Position numbers and translations under genes: made by a program
Notes under the pieces: generated by a model
The model's database searches: none
The model's input: the letters and a program-made list of their open reading frames with translations, nothing else
Told to the model about the DNA's origin: nothing
Part shown: positions 1-12,771 of the stretch, piece by piece
Layout of the letters: each line of letters begins with the position of its first letter
Position numbering within the stretch: position 1 is the stretch's first letter
Source: Proteromonas lacertae
Taxonomy: Eukaryota
DNA: 64,000 nucleotides
Assembly (NCBI GenBank): GCA_002245135.1
Contig: NGBS01000018.1
Coordinates: 1 to 64,000 of the forward strand
Direction of reading: 5' to 3'

Positions 1-3000
1 GATCTATCAAAAAGAGTGAAATTGAAGAGATTAAAACTATGCCAAATCCACCAGAAATGATTAAATTAACCTTAGAAGCTGTTTGTTTGTTATTAGAGAT
101 AAAACCAAGAAGATTAAGAGATCCTGATCATCCTGGTGACTTTATGGTTGATTATTGGTTTAGTAGTATGACAGCCTGTGGTAAACCTGATGAATTCCTT
201 AATAAAGTATTAACTTTCAATAAAGATAAAGCACCTAAGAAAGCTATAATGGAAATAAAGAAAGATCGATTCTTAAAGAATCCTAATTTTACACCTGAAA
301 GAGTGAAAATGGCATCTACAGCTTGTGAAGGTTTGTGTAAATGGGTGAGAGTTGTATTGATTTATGATGAAGTGCAAAAGAAAATAAAACCAAAGTTAGA
401 AGAATTAGCTAAATTAGAAGAATATATAAGACAATTGAAAGAAAAAATAGATGAACATCGTAAAAGATATGAGGAATTGTTAGAAAAGAGTAAAAATATG
501 AACAACAATTAGAAGATTTAGAGAAAGAATTACAGACATTAAAAAGATGAATATGATCATCAAAAAGCTGAAATAGAGAGAGCCAGAGACTTAATACGTT
601 CAACAGATGATGAGATGAATAAATGGTTAATAAAATATAAGAAAATTAGCAATTCTAAGAACTCAAGTATTAGGAGATGCAATATTAGAAAGTGCATTAA
701 TTACATTTTTTAGTAATTTATCCATTAAAGAAAGAACAAAGATAGGTACAAACTGATAGATTTATTAAAGAGAATGATATAGCATTTAGTGAATGTAAAA
801 ATGGTGTATTATCAATTGGTGAAAGTGCAATTTCTGAGAAAGATAGTATATTATGGGAATCACATCAATTGCCAAATGTGTCAATATATAGACAGAATAC
901 TTTGATGTATTATATAATGAAGAAAGTAAAGATTCCTACTATTATTGTATATGATAAAGAAGGATTATCATTCAAATATATTGAAAAGATGGAGAATAGT
1001 AATATGGAGGAAAAGAATAAGGCTAAAAATAAAGAAAACAATAAACATCATCATCAGCATCATAAGAAGAAGAATATTAACGATTCTGTTATTACATTGT
1101 CACAAATTGATATGAATATATATCATAAAGGTCAAATATTATCTTGTGGAATTGATTTATCTAATTTATTATATCAATCAAGTCAAAATAGTGTTCCAAT
1201 AATAATCAATGAATTAGATAGTAGATTTAACCCAGTTGTAATGAATTTAATATTGGATAGATATAATACTGATTCATTAAGTTCATTGAATGATTACATG
1301 AAGTATTTAGCGAATGTTATTAAAGATGATATATTTGATGAAGATGATATAGTAGCAAATAATCATAGTGAAAAAGATAATGATAAGAGAAAGTAGATAA
1401 TGATGAAACAGGAGAATCAGTTATGACTAAAACAGTTACAGTAGAGAATGATGAAAATGAAGATGATGATGCTAGTAGTAGTGTTATACTTATAAAACTA
1501 AGAAAAGACAGCCAAAGAAAATCATCAAAATTGTTTCTTATGATGAAAGTGGAGATTTTCCATTATTTATATTAACTAAAAAACCAATTGATTTAGTAGA
1601 TGAAATAAGAATCAGAACTTCAACAATTTATTTTGAAATAACTGATGAGATTATTGACGATTCAATGAAAAGTTCATTTTTAGAAACACTTCGACCAACT
1701 GATTCACAATTAAATCATGAATTATCATTACAGAAGTATAACATATATTTGAAGCAACAAATTAATGATGATGTAATATTAAATATTCTATCGAATATCA
1801 GTGGAGATTTAATACATTCCGCTGCTTATGATATAATCAAAAGTAGTGCTCAACAATCAACACAATTTGAAAATGAATTAAAAGAGATTCAACAAAGAAA
1901 AATACAGGTTAAAGAATCTTTAGAATTATATTCACCAATCGCTGAAAGAGGTAAACTGTTTTACAACGTAATTAATTCAATGAATCGAATATCATCATCA
2001 CACTCATTGACACTAATTCAAATTATACAGATTATTATTGAATCAATAAAACATATGATTAATTTAGATCAAGGAATAGATGAATTAGTAAATTCAGTGA
2101 CTTTGTCAATTATTAAAGAGGTTTCACATCTATATAATGATAATGTATATATATAATTTCAATTATTATTTTATTTCATATAGGAATTACATATATTTCT
2201 ATTATTATTAAGTCTACAATATTCAAACGAATTAGATATAATCAATGAAACTGATTTGACTTATATTTATAAAGTATTAAGTTTATCTTGGGAAGATCCA
2301 GTAGAGAGTAATATTCAATTATTATTCGAATTCTCTAATGAAGAATATTACCAGCAATTAACCAGTTTACTTCAAATAGTTTACTCAACTAAAGATACTG
2401 AATGGTATGACTTTTTACATGGAGATTATGATAAAATCCCACCAAAATATAGAAAAATAACATTTGTACAGAAATTATGTATTTTATTAGCATATGGTAA
2501 GAGCGATTCTATTTATAGAATTATTCCTGAATTCTTAAAAGGTATTGTTTCTACTTCAGATGATAATTTGAAATTATCACTACAACCTCTCTCTTTATAT
2601 CAATATATCACTGATACTGATTGTACAATTCCAATAATTATATTACTACCAGATCACAATGGTGAATGTAGTGAATTACAAACTTATACATTCTTCAAAC
2701 AATACAAAATCAAAGTCTTTTCTTATATTAATGATTATGATGAAGTAATATCATTGGAAGGTTTTGAAGATTATTTCAAATATGGAGGAGTTATATTAAT
2801 TACAGATGTTACTACAGATTCTAATAATATTGTATCAATCATTGAGTATATGAAAACTAATAAAGTCAATGAAAATTTTAGATTGCTATTTGAGTTTTAT
2901 AATGATGATGAATTACCTCCTTATATATATAGTACTTCATCAATTTATCTATACCATCAAACTACAAGTGTTATGGGTAATTTGAAAGTTATATATGCAA

Positions 3001-3572
3001 ATATGTATGAGAAATATTACATCTATTTCCCAGGTTATTCTATATTATGTCAAAGATGGAAATCATTAATATTCTTATTAATAACGTTATATAATTCACT
3101 TTGTTATCGTAATTTCTTGTTACACTCTCCAATATTGTATGGATATTCTGACTTAATGGGATCTATTGAAGTTGGTTTTCAATTATTTCAATCTTATGAT
3201 AGTTCAATTTCATTAAAATGGTTAAGATATTATTGTGAATTAATATATGGAAGTGATATAACTGAATCAGAAGAATTGAATACTTTACAATCAATGATTG
3301 ATTTATATTTAAAAGAAAAGAATATAGTTGTTAATCCAAGTGGTTTACCAGATTTGAAACATTGTTTGTTTTATGTTTTACCTCAAAAGAAAACAATTAT
3401 TCCAACAGCTTTACCTAAAGAATATGCAGCATTTCTGCAAGGTATATCAGAACCATTACCTTTTAAGAACTTCTTAGTAACGAGTGAAGATTTTGAAAAA
3501 CACTATGTTAGTGATACTAAAGTACTGAAAGAGAATTTGAAGGATATATTGAAAATATTAACTAATCAATAG
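1..3572 (+). CDS. Dynein heavy chain, C-terminal half (stalk/MTBD, degenerate AAA5-AAA6), axonemal-type; 5' part lies outside the window
   Basis: MTBD motifs NPPEMIKLTLEAVC..KP, DYW, NPNFTPE..ASTACEGLCKWV, then coiled coil, VLGDAILESA, and DDVILNILSNISGDL..YSPIAERGKLFY (AAA5 extension). One GT-AG intron near 2144-2183. Several frameshifts between ~500 and ~1560. Confidence 0.85.
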
Positions 3573-4236
3573 AATTTTTATTATTTAGTGCTTATTAGTT
3601 TTGTTGTATATTCTATTTCATAGAAAATGATGAGATTCATCAATAAAAAACAATAAAAGTACAATCTTTTGGCTTGAAATTAATATTTCTTTTTATTTTT
3701 TAGACTCTTATAGGTATTTGCAGCTCATTAGACTAGTGAAAGTTTTTACTGAACAAACACAATTTTTATTTATTGATGTTATAAATATGAATTAGAGTAT
3801 ATCAATTAATCAATATCTGTGTCTAGCATTTATTAAATCAAGAAATGATATATACAAACATATATATTTAAATATAGGAATATATTATTTGTATTAAATA
3901 CATGAAGAAAACTACATTCATAAAAGCTCTGCATGCTCAATAAACACAGAAAATAATAATTGATATTCTTTAAATACACATCTTGATAATAATTGATAAA
4001 GAATTATAATGAAATACAATTTAAAGAATTAATTCATCAATTTTCCTCACATTCCTGTCTAAAAATAGCAGTATACGTTATATTGGTATATTATACTGTT
4101 TTTAATTAGTAGATGCCAATAAGTGGAGTATTTAAATAGATTTTCATGATAGTGAATGTTTTAATCATACATAAAATATCTGACATATATATGATGGCTA
4201 GTTGTTTTATATTACTGTAAATTTGCTGTTTAATAA

Positions 4237-6897
4237 ACACAAATATTCCGATGTGTTGATGATGGTCTTTATCAAGTTACATTAGGTCCAAATGTATATT
4301 CAGTTCCAGGTGAATATTGGGTTTATGGTGAAGGAACAAGTATTTACAGATATGGTAAATATATATTGAATGATAAAGTGAAAGGAAATGATGCTCCAGA
4401 AAATGTTGTAGTTCAATTTTCAGTTACTATTGGTTCTTCTTCATCACCTCAAATCGAATATCCAGATGGTGATGGTGGTGTTTATACTATTCAAAGAGGT
4501 ATTGGTGCTGTTATATCACCAATTATTAGTTACGCAGCTGATTACTGCTCAATTAATCCAGTTAATCTTCCTGATTTATTAGTATTTGATAATAAAACAG
4601 GAACAATCACTGGTAATTCAATGTATAACAATCCAGATGGTTTAACATTCACAGTAACATGTACAAATAAAGCAGGATCTGGAACAACTCAATTAACAAT
4701 CAAAACAGAACCATGTCCAGAAGGATCATTCCCTGCTCAAATTGCTGCTAGTTCAACAGGATCTAATGGTGCTGGTTGGTTTGCTTATGGTTACTTTTTC
4801 AGAGGATTAGAACCACCAGAGGATAAACAAGATTATATAGTTAATTGGGATTTTGGTATTTATCCATATACAACAACAAAAAGATCATTCTGTATGTATC
4901 CAGATAATTACACTTTAAGTCTTAGTGGAGGATGGGGTTCAAATGCTTTGACAATTTCTTTAGCTGATGGTGAGATAATTTATAATGGTAATGAAGTAAA
5001 AACTCAAGTATTTGATGTTGCTTATCTAAGTCCACCAAATGCAGCATGGGAATATAGTCCAACAACTAATAATAGAAATTGGTATAATAACTTCAAACCA
5101 GGTGAATGGGAATCTTATATTCCAGGAAGTTATCCAGATAGAGGTGATAGAGTTTATACAACTTATTATAGAACAACATTCACAATTCCTGATGATTTTG
5201 ATATTAGAAAGATAGCTGCTTTTGAAGCTGGTTTTAAATATGATGCTGGTATTGTTGCTTACTTAAACAACAAAGAATTCTACAGAAGAAATGTTCCAGC
5301 AAATCAACAAGCTAATACTTATGCCACAGAAATATACACAGGAAGTAATATAATGTTAAGAAGAACTGGTGCTTCAGCTGATATATTACAAAATGGTGTG
5401 AATTATATTGCTGCAGAAGTTCATAAACACAGAAATAGTGTAAATATCAATCCATTTGCTGCTTTCTTCAATTATATAGTTGCTGATTGTAACAGAAGAA
5501 GTGTAAGAAGTATGGAAGTAACAAACAACTTTGGAGCTGAATTTGTTTATCCAAGTGAACCATTAACTAACTGGGTTGATGGTAATAAGAATACAAAAGG
5601 TTATGTAAGAAGTGGTTGTAATCCAGTAGAAATTACATTCATGTGGCCAAATGGAAGATCAGAATTCTTCAACAAATATACTTTAACAACTGGTAATATG
5701 TTATATGCTGGTATATATCCATACAGAGTTCCATTCTCATGGGATGTATATGCAACAACAGATGGTGGTAAAACATGGAAATTATTAGATTCGCAAGATC
5801 AAATTATCTTCAGAGATCCAGATAATCTAAATGATGAAACAAACTGGCAAGCAAAACAAGTAACAAGAGAATTCTACATTTATGGTGTTTCTGAATCATT
5901 TGATGGTGTATTAATCAACTTCACAACAACTGGTATTCCTGGTTTAGCACCATGTAAACCAGATTCTGCTGATTTGGCTGGTTTAGAATTGATGGAAGTG
6001 ACATTTGATGCTTGTAACAATAAATTATGTGCTCCACAAGGAGAATGGACTGCAACAGTAGCTGGAAGTGAATGTGTAAGAGAATGTCCAGAAGGTTATA
6101 GTGGTAAACAAACTAGAATGTGTAATGATTTAGGTGGAAGTCCAACATGGGGACAAGAACCAGTATTCTCACTTGTTTGTTCATTAAAGATGATTAAAGA
6201 TTTCGTTATTAGTAATGGAACTTCAACAGTATATAAAGATTTTGATGTGGCTGGATTAGTTCCAACATTTAGTGTATATGGTGCTGAATTAGAATATGCA
6301 ATAACTCCATCTCTTGAAACAACAGTTCCAGGATTGAAATTCAATACATCAACTGGTGAAATAACAGGAATTCCCAAAGCAGAAATGGCTTTAACCACAT
6401 TCAGAGTAACAGTTAAAAATCCAGTTTCTGATGAATTATATGGAAATATTCACATTCGTGTAGATACAGTTAGATGTATGACTGATGGTTCATGGCCAGC
6501 AACTGAACAAGGTAAAACAGTAACAATTCAATGTACAGGATCAACAAGAACAATGACAAGAAGATGTACAGCTGGTATGAATCCTCATTGGGAGACTTTA
6601 GAAGATAATTGTTCAGCCGAAGAAATAGTGAGTAAGAAAACCTCAACAGCAGTAATAGTAGTTGCTTCAATAGCTGGTGTAATCTTCTTATTATTGATTG
6701 GATTCTGTGTATATGCTCGTGCTAGTTCTGCCAAGAAGAGAGCTACTAGAAGAGGAATGAGAACAGCTCAAGCACAAGCAGCTAAAGCTGCAATGGAAGC
6801 TAGAGAGAAAGCAGCAGCTGGTGGTGAACCAGCTCCAGAGAAAGCCACAGCTGCAGCTCCAAAAGAAGAGAAAGGATTAGCAGCTGAAAGTGAATAA
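4237..6897 (+). CDS. Type I membrane surface protein: Ig-like (He_PIG-type) repeats, galactose-binding/F5/8-like domains, Cys-rich HRM-like modules, C-terminal TM; 5' end not found
   Basis: LPDLLVFDNKTGTITG and PGLKFNTSTGEITGIP repeats; FKYDAGIVAYLNNKEFYRRNVP; C..DGSWPAT..C modules; TM AVIVVASIAGVIFLLLIGFCVY. Frame is open from 4237 with no ATG or signal peptide at its start. Confidence 0.75.
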   Translation, partial: TQIFRCVDDGLYQVTLGPNVYSVPGEYWVYGEGTSIYRYGKYILNDKVKGNDAPENVVVQFSVTIGSSSSPQIEYPDGDGGVYTIQRGIGAVISPIISYAADYCSINPVNLPDLLVFDNKTGTITGNSMYNNPDGLTFTVTCTNKAGSGTTQLTIKTEPCPEGSFPAQIAASSTGSNGAGWFAYGYFFRGLEPPEDKQDYIVNWDFGIYPYTTTKRSFCMYPDNYTLSLSGGWGSNALTISLADGEIIYNGNEVKTQVFDVAYLSPPNAAWEYSPTTNNRNWYNNFKPGEWESYIPGSYPDRGDRVYTTYYRTTFTIPDDFDIRKIAAFEAGFKYDAGIVAYLNNKEFYRRNVPANQQANTYATEIYTGSNIMLRRTGASADILQNGVNYIAAEVHKHRNSVNINPFAAFFNYIVADCNRRSVRSMEVTNNFGAEFVYPSEPLTNWVDGNKNTKGYVRSGCNPVEITFMWPNGRSEFFNKYTLTTGNMLYAGIYPYRVPFSWDVYATTDGGKTWKLLDSQDQIIFRDPDNLNDETNWQAKQVTREFYIYGVSESFDGVLINFTTTGIPGLAPCKPDSADLAGLELMEVTFDACNNKLCAPQGEWTATVAGSECVRECPEGYSGKQTRMCNDLGGSPTWGQEPVFSLVCSLKMIKDFVISNGTSTVYKDFDVAGLVPTFSVYGAELEYAITPSLETTVPGLKFNTSTGEITGIPKAEMALTTFRVTVKNPVSDELYGNIHIRVDTVRCMTDGSWPATEQGKTVTIQCTGSTRTMTRRCTAGMNPHWETLEDNCSAEEIVSKKTSTAVIVVASIAGVIFLLLIGFCVYARASSAKKRATRRGMRTAQAQAAKAAMEAREKAAAGGEPAPEKATAAAPKEEKGLAAESE

Positions 6898-7003
6898 ATG
6901 AATTTCATTTCATTTCGATTATTCATTCTCTGATATGAACTTTGTTGTTTTTGTTTTCTTTTAAAATAAACATAATAACAATATTTTAATATTAAAATGA
7001 TGA

Positions 7004-8493
7004 TTATAGTATTGAACTGTCAATTGATTCTAATAAATTCTTTACAAATTGTTTGGTTCTAGTTGTATATCCCATCATATCAGATCGAAATTGACGAAAT
7101 TCTTCATAAGGACGATTATAGGAAGTGAATGGATCTAATTTATTCTCCAACTGATATTGTAATTCTTCAGTTAGACCATTTAATATAGATCGATGTTCAT
7201 CGAATAGTTTATTTTGAGCATCTTTAGTTTGTAAATAATATCCATAAACATAACTCCAAGTTAATATTTGACGATTTTCTATCACTTGATCAACAGCATC
7301 TCTTAAAAATGATACTTCATCTCGACTATGTCCTCTGTTTATTAATAATTCAATATGTTTTTCTATCTGAGGTTTTAAAGAAACACCAAAATCTTTTGAT
7401 TTTTTATTGTTTATAAATCTGTCGAAATAATATTGATATATCTGTAATTCTGCTTTACAATTCTCCTTCTTTTGTTCTTCCTTACTTAATACTCCTTTCT
7501 TTTCCATTTCCTTGAATATTGTACATTCATAATATCCACCAGTTTTACTACCATGTTTACTCCAATCTCCCATACATAACCAACAAAATTCATGTCCACA
7601 TCCACCTACGGCTTTATTACATGTCATATGATTACAACCTTGATTCTTTTCTATATTTGTATGACATTTTGGACATTGTTTTGTATTAGCTGTTAACCAT
7701 TTTACATTTTCACCATCATCAATACTTTTCTGATTCCAAGCTTTCACCATTTCACAAGTTGCTGGTCTATGTGGTTCTTCTAAACATTTGAAACAAAATG
7801 TTGTTTTACATTTTGGACAAATCACATTTGATGAACCTCCACTTGGAAATCGACATATTAATGGACAATCTCTTCCTACACACCAATTATAATCAGGATT
7901 GTCATTTACAAATGATTTTATCATTAATCTTTCATATCTATCCCACATATTACTATCTAAAAATCTTTTAAAAACTTCATCAGGAATTCGTTGAGGACAT
8001 TTATCTTCAAAGCATTTACTGTTTATACAAGACATTCCTTTGTTAACTAACACGTTTAATTGCGTTTTCCAACAATTAACACAATATTCATGTCCACAAC
8101 AAAGAGCAAAGAAATTATCTTCACTATATTCATCACAACAAACAAAACACATATGAACACCTTTTTCTCTTTCAACTGGCTTTCCTTTATCAAAACCTAA
8201 CTCTTTCCTTACTTGATCGAATTGGGATAAATAAATATCTTGAGCACGAATTGTATCCCATCTATATGCTCTGATTAAGGACATGGACTCATTATAATCT
8301 AAACTCAATGTATCGCAAACCTTTTGAACTACATCTTTAATATCAGACAGAACTTGCATTTCATCAACAAAAGTGTAAACAGGTTTGGACTGAATTCTAT
8401 AATATTTTATTAATTTCATTGATACTCTATAACTGGAACATCCTCATCATCTGAATATTCATATTCATCATTATCATCATCATCTACTTCCAT
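7004..8493 (-). CDS. ARIH1: Ariadne-family RBR E3 ubiquitin ligase
   Basis: Acidic N-terminus (ATG 8493, short intron near 8397-8425), RING1 CFVC..CGHEYC..CW, IBR, RING2 KQCPKCHTNIEKNQGCNHMTC..HEFCWLCMGDW, Ariadne domain (RQILTWSYVYGYY). Confidence 0.93.
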
Positions 8494-8666
8494 TTTTATT
8501 CTATTTTTATTTTATCAGACAATAATAAAACTAAACTAAGATGATAAACAAAAAATAAGAATTAATTCTTAAAAATGGGTTATGAAAAGTTTCGAATAAA
8601 ATCGTTTCAAATATTATTTCTTCAAAAAAACAATAAAAATCCAATAATAATTTATCATTAACACAT

Positions 8667-10227
8667 CTAAACTTTTACACCATTTTCATCATTCTTTTTA
8701 CTTTTATCCTCTTCATCATTTTCTTCTAATCTCTTTTTCTGAGCATTTTTAAACTCATTCGGTTTATGATGAGAAGCTGTAACTACTTTTAATCTAACAT
8801 AAAACACTATTCCAACAGCTATTATTATTACTACCACAACAACACCACATGTTATTCCTACTATTACTCCTGTACTTGAACTTGATTCTATACAAGTATT
8901 TACTTCCATTCCCCATTCAACTTCATTATTACCTCTAAGCAAACAATCTCGATATATCACTCCTTCACCATCACATTTCATCGTCACTCTACCAATTTCA
9001 GATCTTGGCCATCTTCCATCTTTTTCACAATATAATGTTATTATCTCTAACTCTATAAATGTCTTATCTTCACCATAGTTGTTAGATACTGTTAATGTAT
9101 AGTTTTTCATCTCACTTAATTCACTTGGTTCACCACTTACCATTCCTCTTGTACTATCAAATTTTAAACCTCTTGGTAAATCAGGTGTTATTGAATATAC
9201 TAAATTATCTCCTTTTACTATCACTAATGCAATTGGAGTTGAGATTTCTACATTCATTATTAAACTCACTCTTGGATCTATTATGGACTTAATTATTGGT
9301 TTATTATTCATTAAGAATATAAATTCGATTTCTATTAATGTAGCTGCATTTACAGATGTTGAATTTGATCTGATTGAAAATGTAATTGTTTGGTTTAATA
9401 CAGATTCATATACTGTTCCACTCACACTTCCTTCATTTTCTAATTTAAACACTAAACCAGGTATTTGTTCTATCATATATATAAATATAAAGAATATATA
9501 TACTTGAACTTTCAAATATTAAGTCTTTTCCTACTACACTGTATAATTTCTCATTTACTGGTTCTTTGATTTTTATTATTACTTTATCTACTTTACTCAT
9601 TACAACTGGATATGGAGGAAGAGTTATTATGATAGTTATTGGAACTGTTATTGGTTTATTTCCTGTTGTTGATCTTATATTGATTTGAATTGGAATATTT
9701 TGGTCTTTTGAATCAGAAGTATAAACTATTTTACCTTTCATTTTTCCACTTGTTCTATCAAGAACTAAACCATTTGGTAATGTGTCACTCGTTGTATATT
9801 CAAGATTCTTTCCAGTCACTTCCATGAATTCTATCTCATTTTCTACTTCATAATAGAATGTGATATTATCAAATGAAGATAATAATATTGGATCATCACC
9901 AACTATTACAATTATTTCTACATCCATATAATAGGGTTCTTTTTCATCTTTATCTGTTACTACAAATCGATAAGATTCTTTACTTTCACCAAATACAGTT
10001 CCATATAAAAATCCTTCACTTCCATCGATATTTAATCCAGAAGGTAAACTAATTGATTCTTCACTTACATAATATTTCAAATTTTCACCAAATACTTTAC
10101 AGAATTCTAATCTTTCATATTTTACTCCAGAGGTTAAAGTGATTGTTTTATTATAAGAAGAAATTACTGGATGAGGAGCAAGAACTGTCTCAAATATCAA
10201 AAAATAATAACAGACTATAATATCCAT
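8667..10227 (-). CDS. Ig-like (He_PIG-type) repeat single-pass surface protein, apparently 5'-truncated
   Basis: Repeats LPSGLNIDGSEGFLYG / LPNGLVLDRTSGKMKG / LPRGLKFDSTRGMVSGEP, CEKDGRWP module, TM GVIVGITCGVVVVVIIIAVGIVFY. One intron near 9470-9503 joins the two ORFs. Confidence 0.75.
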
Positions 10228-10265
10228 TTACAATTTAGTTAATAAATCTCTTCAATTATATATGT

Positions 10266-10281
10266 GGTGCTAAAAATCACC
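10266..10281 (-). promoter_or_regulatory. Histone mRNA 3' stem-loop-like element
   Basis: Minus strand AAAACCA-GGTGAT-TTTT-AGCACC-ACA: 6 bp stem with one mismatch and a UUUU loop, 35 nt downstream of the H2B stop. Confidence 0.65.
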
Positions 10282-10316
10282 TGGTTTTAAACTTCTTTAA
10301 AAGTAAATTCATTTAT

Positions 10317-10729
10317 TTACTCTTTCTTTTCGGGAGCAGCTTTACCTGTAGCACTAGTAACTAAACTGTTGTATTTTGTTACAGATTTTGTACCTTCTGA
10401 TACAGCATGCTTCGCTAATTCACCTGGTAAAACTAATCTTACAGCACTTTGGATTTCACGACTACTTAAAGTGTGCTTCTTGTTGTATCGACATAATTGA
10501 CCTGCTTCACCACAGATTCTTTCGAATATATCACTTACAAAAGAATTCATTACAGACATTCCTTTCTTTGATATACCACATTCAGGATGAACTTGTTTCA
10601 ATACTTTGAAAATGTAAGAAGAATAGGTTTCTATTCTTCTGGCGTGTCTTTTTTACCATCTTTGTTTGTGGCGACTTTCTTTACATTCTTTACGGCTTTC
10701 TTTGATGCAGCTGCTGGTTCTTGACCCAT
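10317..10729 (-). CDS. H2B: Histone H2B with a C-terminal extension
   Basis: ATG 10729 [14 protein letters not shown]...; [41 protein letters not shown]...[32 protein letters not shown]. One-base frameshift in the T-run near 10649-10654. Confidence 0.97.
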
Positions 10730-11255
10730 GATTGAAGATTTTGAGAGATTGGATGAATAGATTAAAAATTCAAGAAATAATGGAATGAATGATTTTTAGA
10801 AATCATTGATTTGAAATATAATTGGATAAAAGCTGATGAAATTATTTTTGATCTTTGACATCTAACATGTGTTGAATGTTTGAAATAGATTTTTGAGTTT
10901 ATTTCATCACATAGAATTAATAAACGATTAAATTTACAATAGTTGAATTTATAATGTGATTTTTTCTGATAAACATGAAAATGAGGAATAGATTTGAATA
11001 ACTTACAGTCTTCATCTAAAAGTACAAATTACTCTTGGAGTGATGATAATATTATTCTATATTTCTATTTTTCTTTATCTAAATAACATTTGCTGGTGAT
11101 TATCAACCAATCACCTATACTTTCACATATATATTAGCACAAACTATTTGTTGTATGGAATAGCATTAAATTTATACATATAAGGTTCATACAGAAGAAT
11201 AAAAAGTTCAAAATCATTTTGAATTTTTTCATTTTTTCGTATCAATTTTGATCAA

Positions 11256-12611
11256 ATGGAAAGTATAACTATTAAACCAGCTTATAAACCTCGTACTCTA
11301 GCACAGTGTGTAAATTTGTTAGCGCAGGAAGTATAATTCATAATATATATTATGTTCTATAGATCATGGGATTAATAATGTTGACAATAGCAATATATAT
11401 GTTGATAAAAAGGAAAAGTTATGGTATTTTCTTTGTATTAATCATAGGTGATAAACTAATCGATAATGAGGAGTTAATCTCATTATTTATATCATCTGTA
11501 GTTATATTGAGTTTTATATTAGTAATTGCATGTATTTCAGAAGCATTTATATTGAAACTGAAGAAATATAACAAATTTTCTACTTTATATCCAATTGTTA
11601 TATCGTATACTCAATGATGTTCTTATGATTTATTAATTTAGATCTATTCCAGGATTATCTATGTTTATTATCAATTTATTCTTGCTCATCTTTGATAAAA
11701 CGAATATAAAACCATCATTTGATTTATGTTGTAATTCAGTAGGTGAATATGATAATAGTACAAACAGTAAATGCAGTTTCATCGATGAAAAATTTGAATG
11801 TCAATCATTCGAATACTTTCAAGCAAAAATATATAATTATTTAGATGTCTTTTATCAACTATGTACCATATTATGTTTAATTTACACAATTTTCTCTGTA
11901 TATTTTTCATTATTTTATTATAGTGTTTTTATTCTTATCTTACTTACAAACAACTTCTGAAAGAAAATAGAATTTATAAATATGATGAACTTATAGTTAT
12001 AAACGATATTGATGAATTAAAGAACAAACAAAAGATAATAAAAATTGCATTATTTGTATTATCAATTCTATTTATTGTAACAAATGGAATTGTATTTTTC
12101 AAACGAAATGGTAATGGTTTTGATATAATTCCAATTAGTTTATGTATATTTTGGCTATTTTATGGGTTGGTAATGATTATATGTTCATTTAGATACAAAG
12201 AAATTGTAAGTTTTTTGAAAAGAAAACTTAATGGATATATAGCAATTTTGATAATTTTTATTCATTCTATCATATTATCAGTTTATGTTTCTACGATTAG
12301 TTATGATTATAATTGTTCAAAAACATTTCAGAAGTGTTGTATTGATTCTGATAGAAACAGTAAAGTATCAATATAATATTATTTATTTATTTATTTATTT
12401 CAAATAGTGTGATTTTGTAGATAATGATGATTGTGTTGATATTTATAGTCTTTATAAGAATATTCATTTTTATTTTAGCGTATTTAGAATAATAGGATTT
12501 ATAATAATGTGTGCTTTTTCAGTTGTAGCAGTATATGGATATTTGACTAAAGAACCAGAAGAAGGAAGACTTGAAGATGATTCTGAAAAGAATAGTATAT
12601 TTCTAGATTAA
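11256..12611 (+). CDS. Multi-TM protein with two tandem tetraspanin-like units
   Basis: Multi-exon hydrophobic ORF. Two Cys-rich loops before TM4-like helices (DLCCNSVG..KCSFIDEKFEC and QKCCIDSD..CDFVDNDDC). Intron 11898-11923 joins the halves in frame. Confidence 0.5.
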
Positions 12612-12771
12612 TTTTGTTTTTCTGTAAATCTGTAATGTTATTTTTCTGTGTATATTATTAATAAAATTGATATGTAATCATCACAAAATTTGAATTTTCA
12701 TAATAGAATGTAATGAAACGACTATATATCTTTTAAAATTTAAAACACGATATTCAATTACAAAACATTAG

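Noticed and set aside
4176..4240. Possible fifth AT-AC intron upstream of the surface protein (ATATCTG...AAACAC)
   Set aside because: Donor and branch site match poorly and there is no convincing upstream exon.
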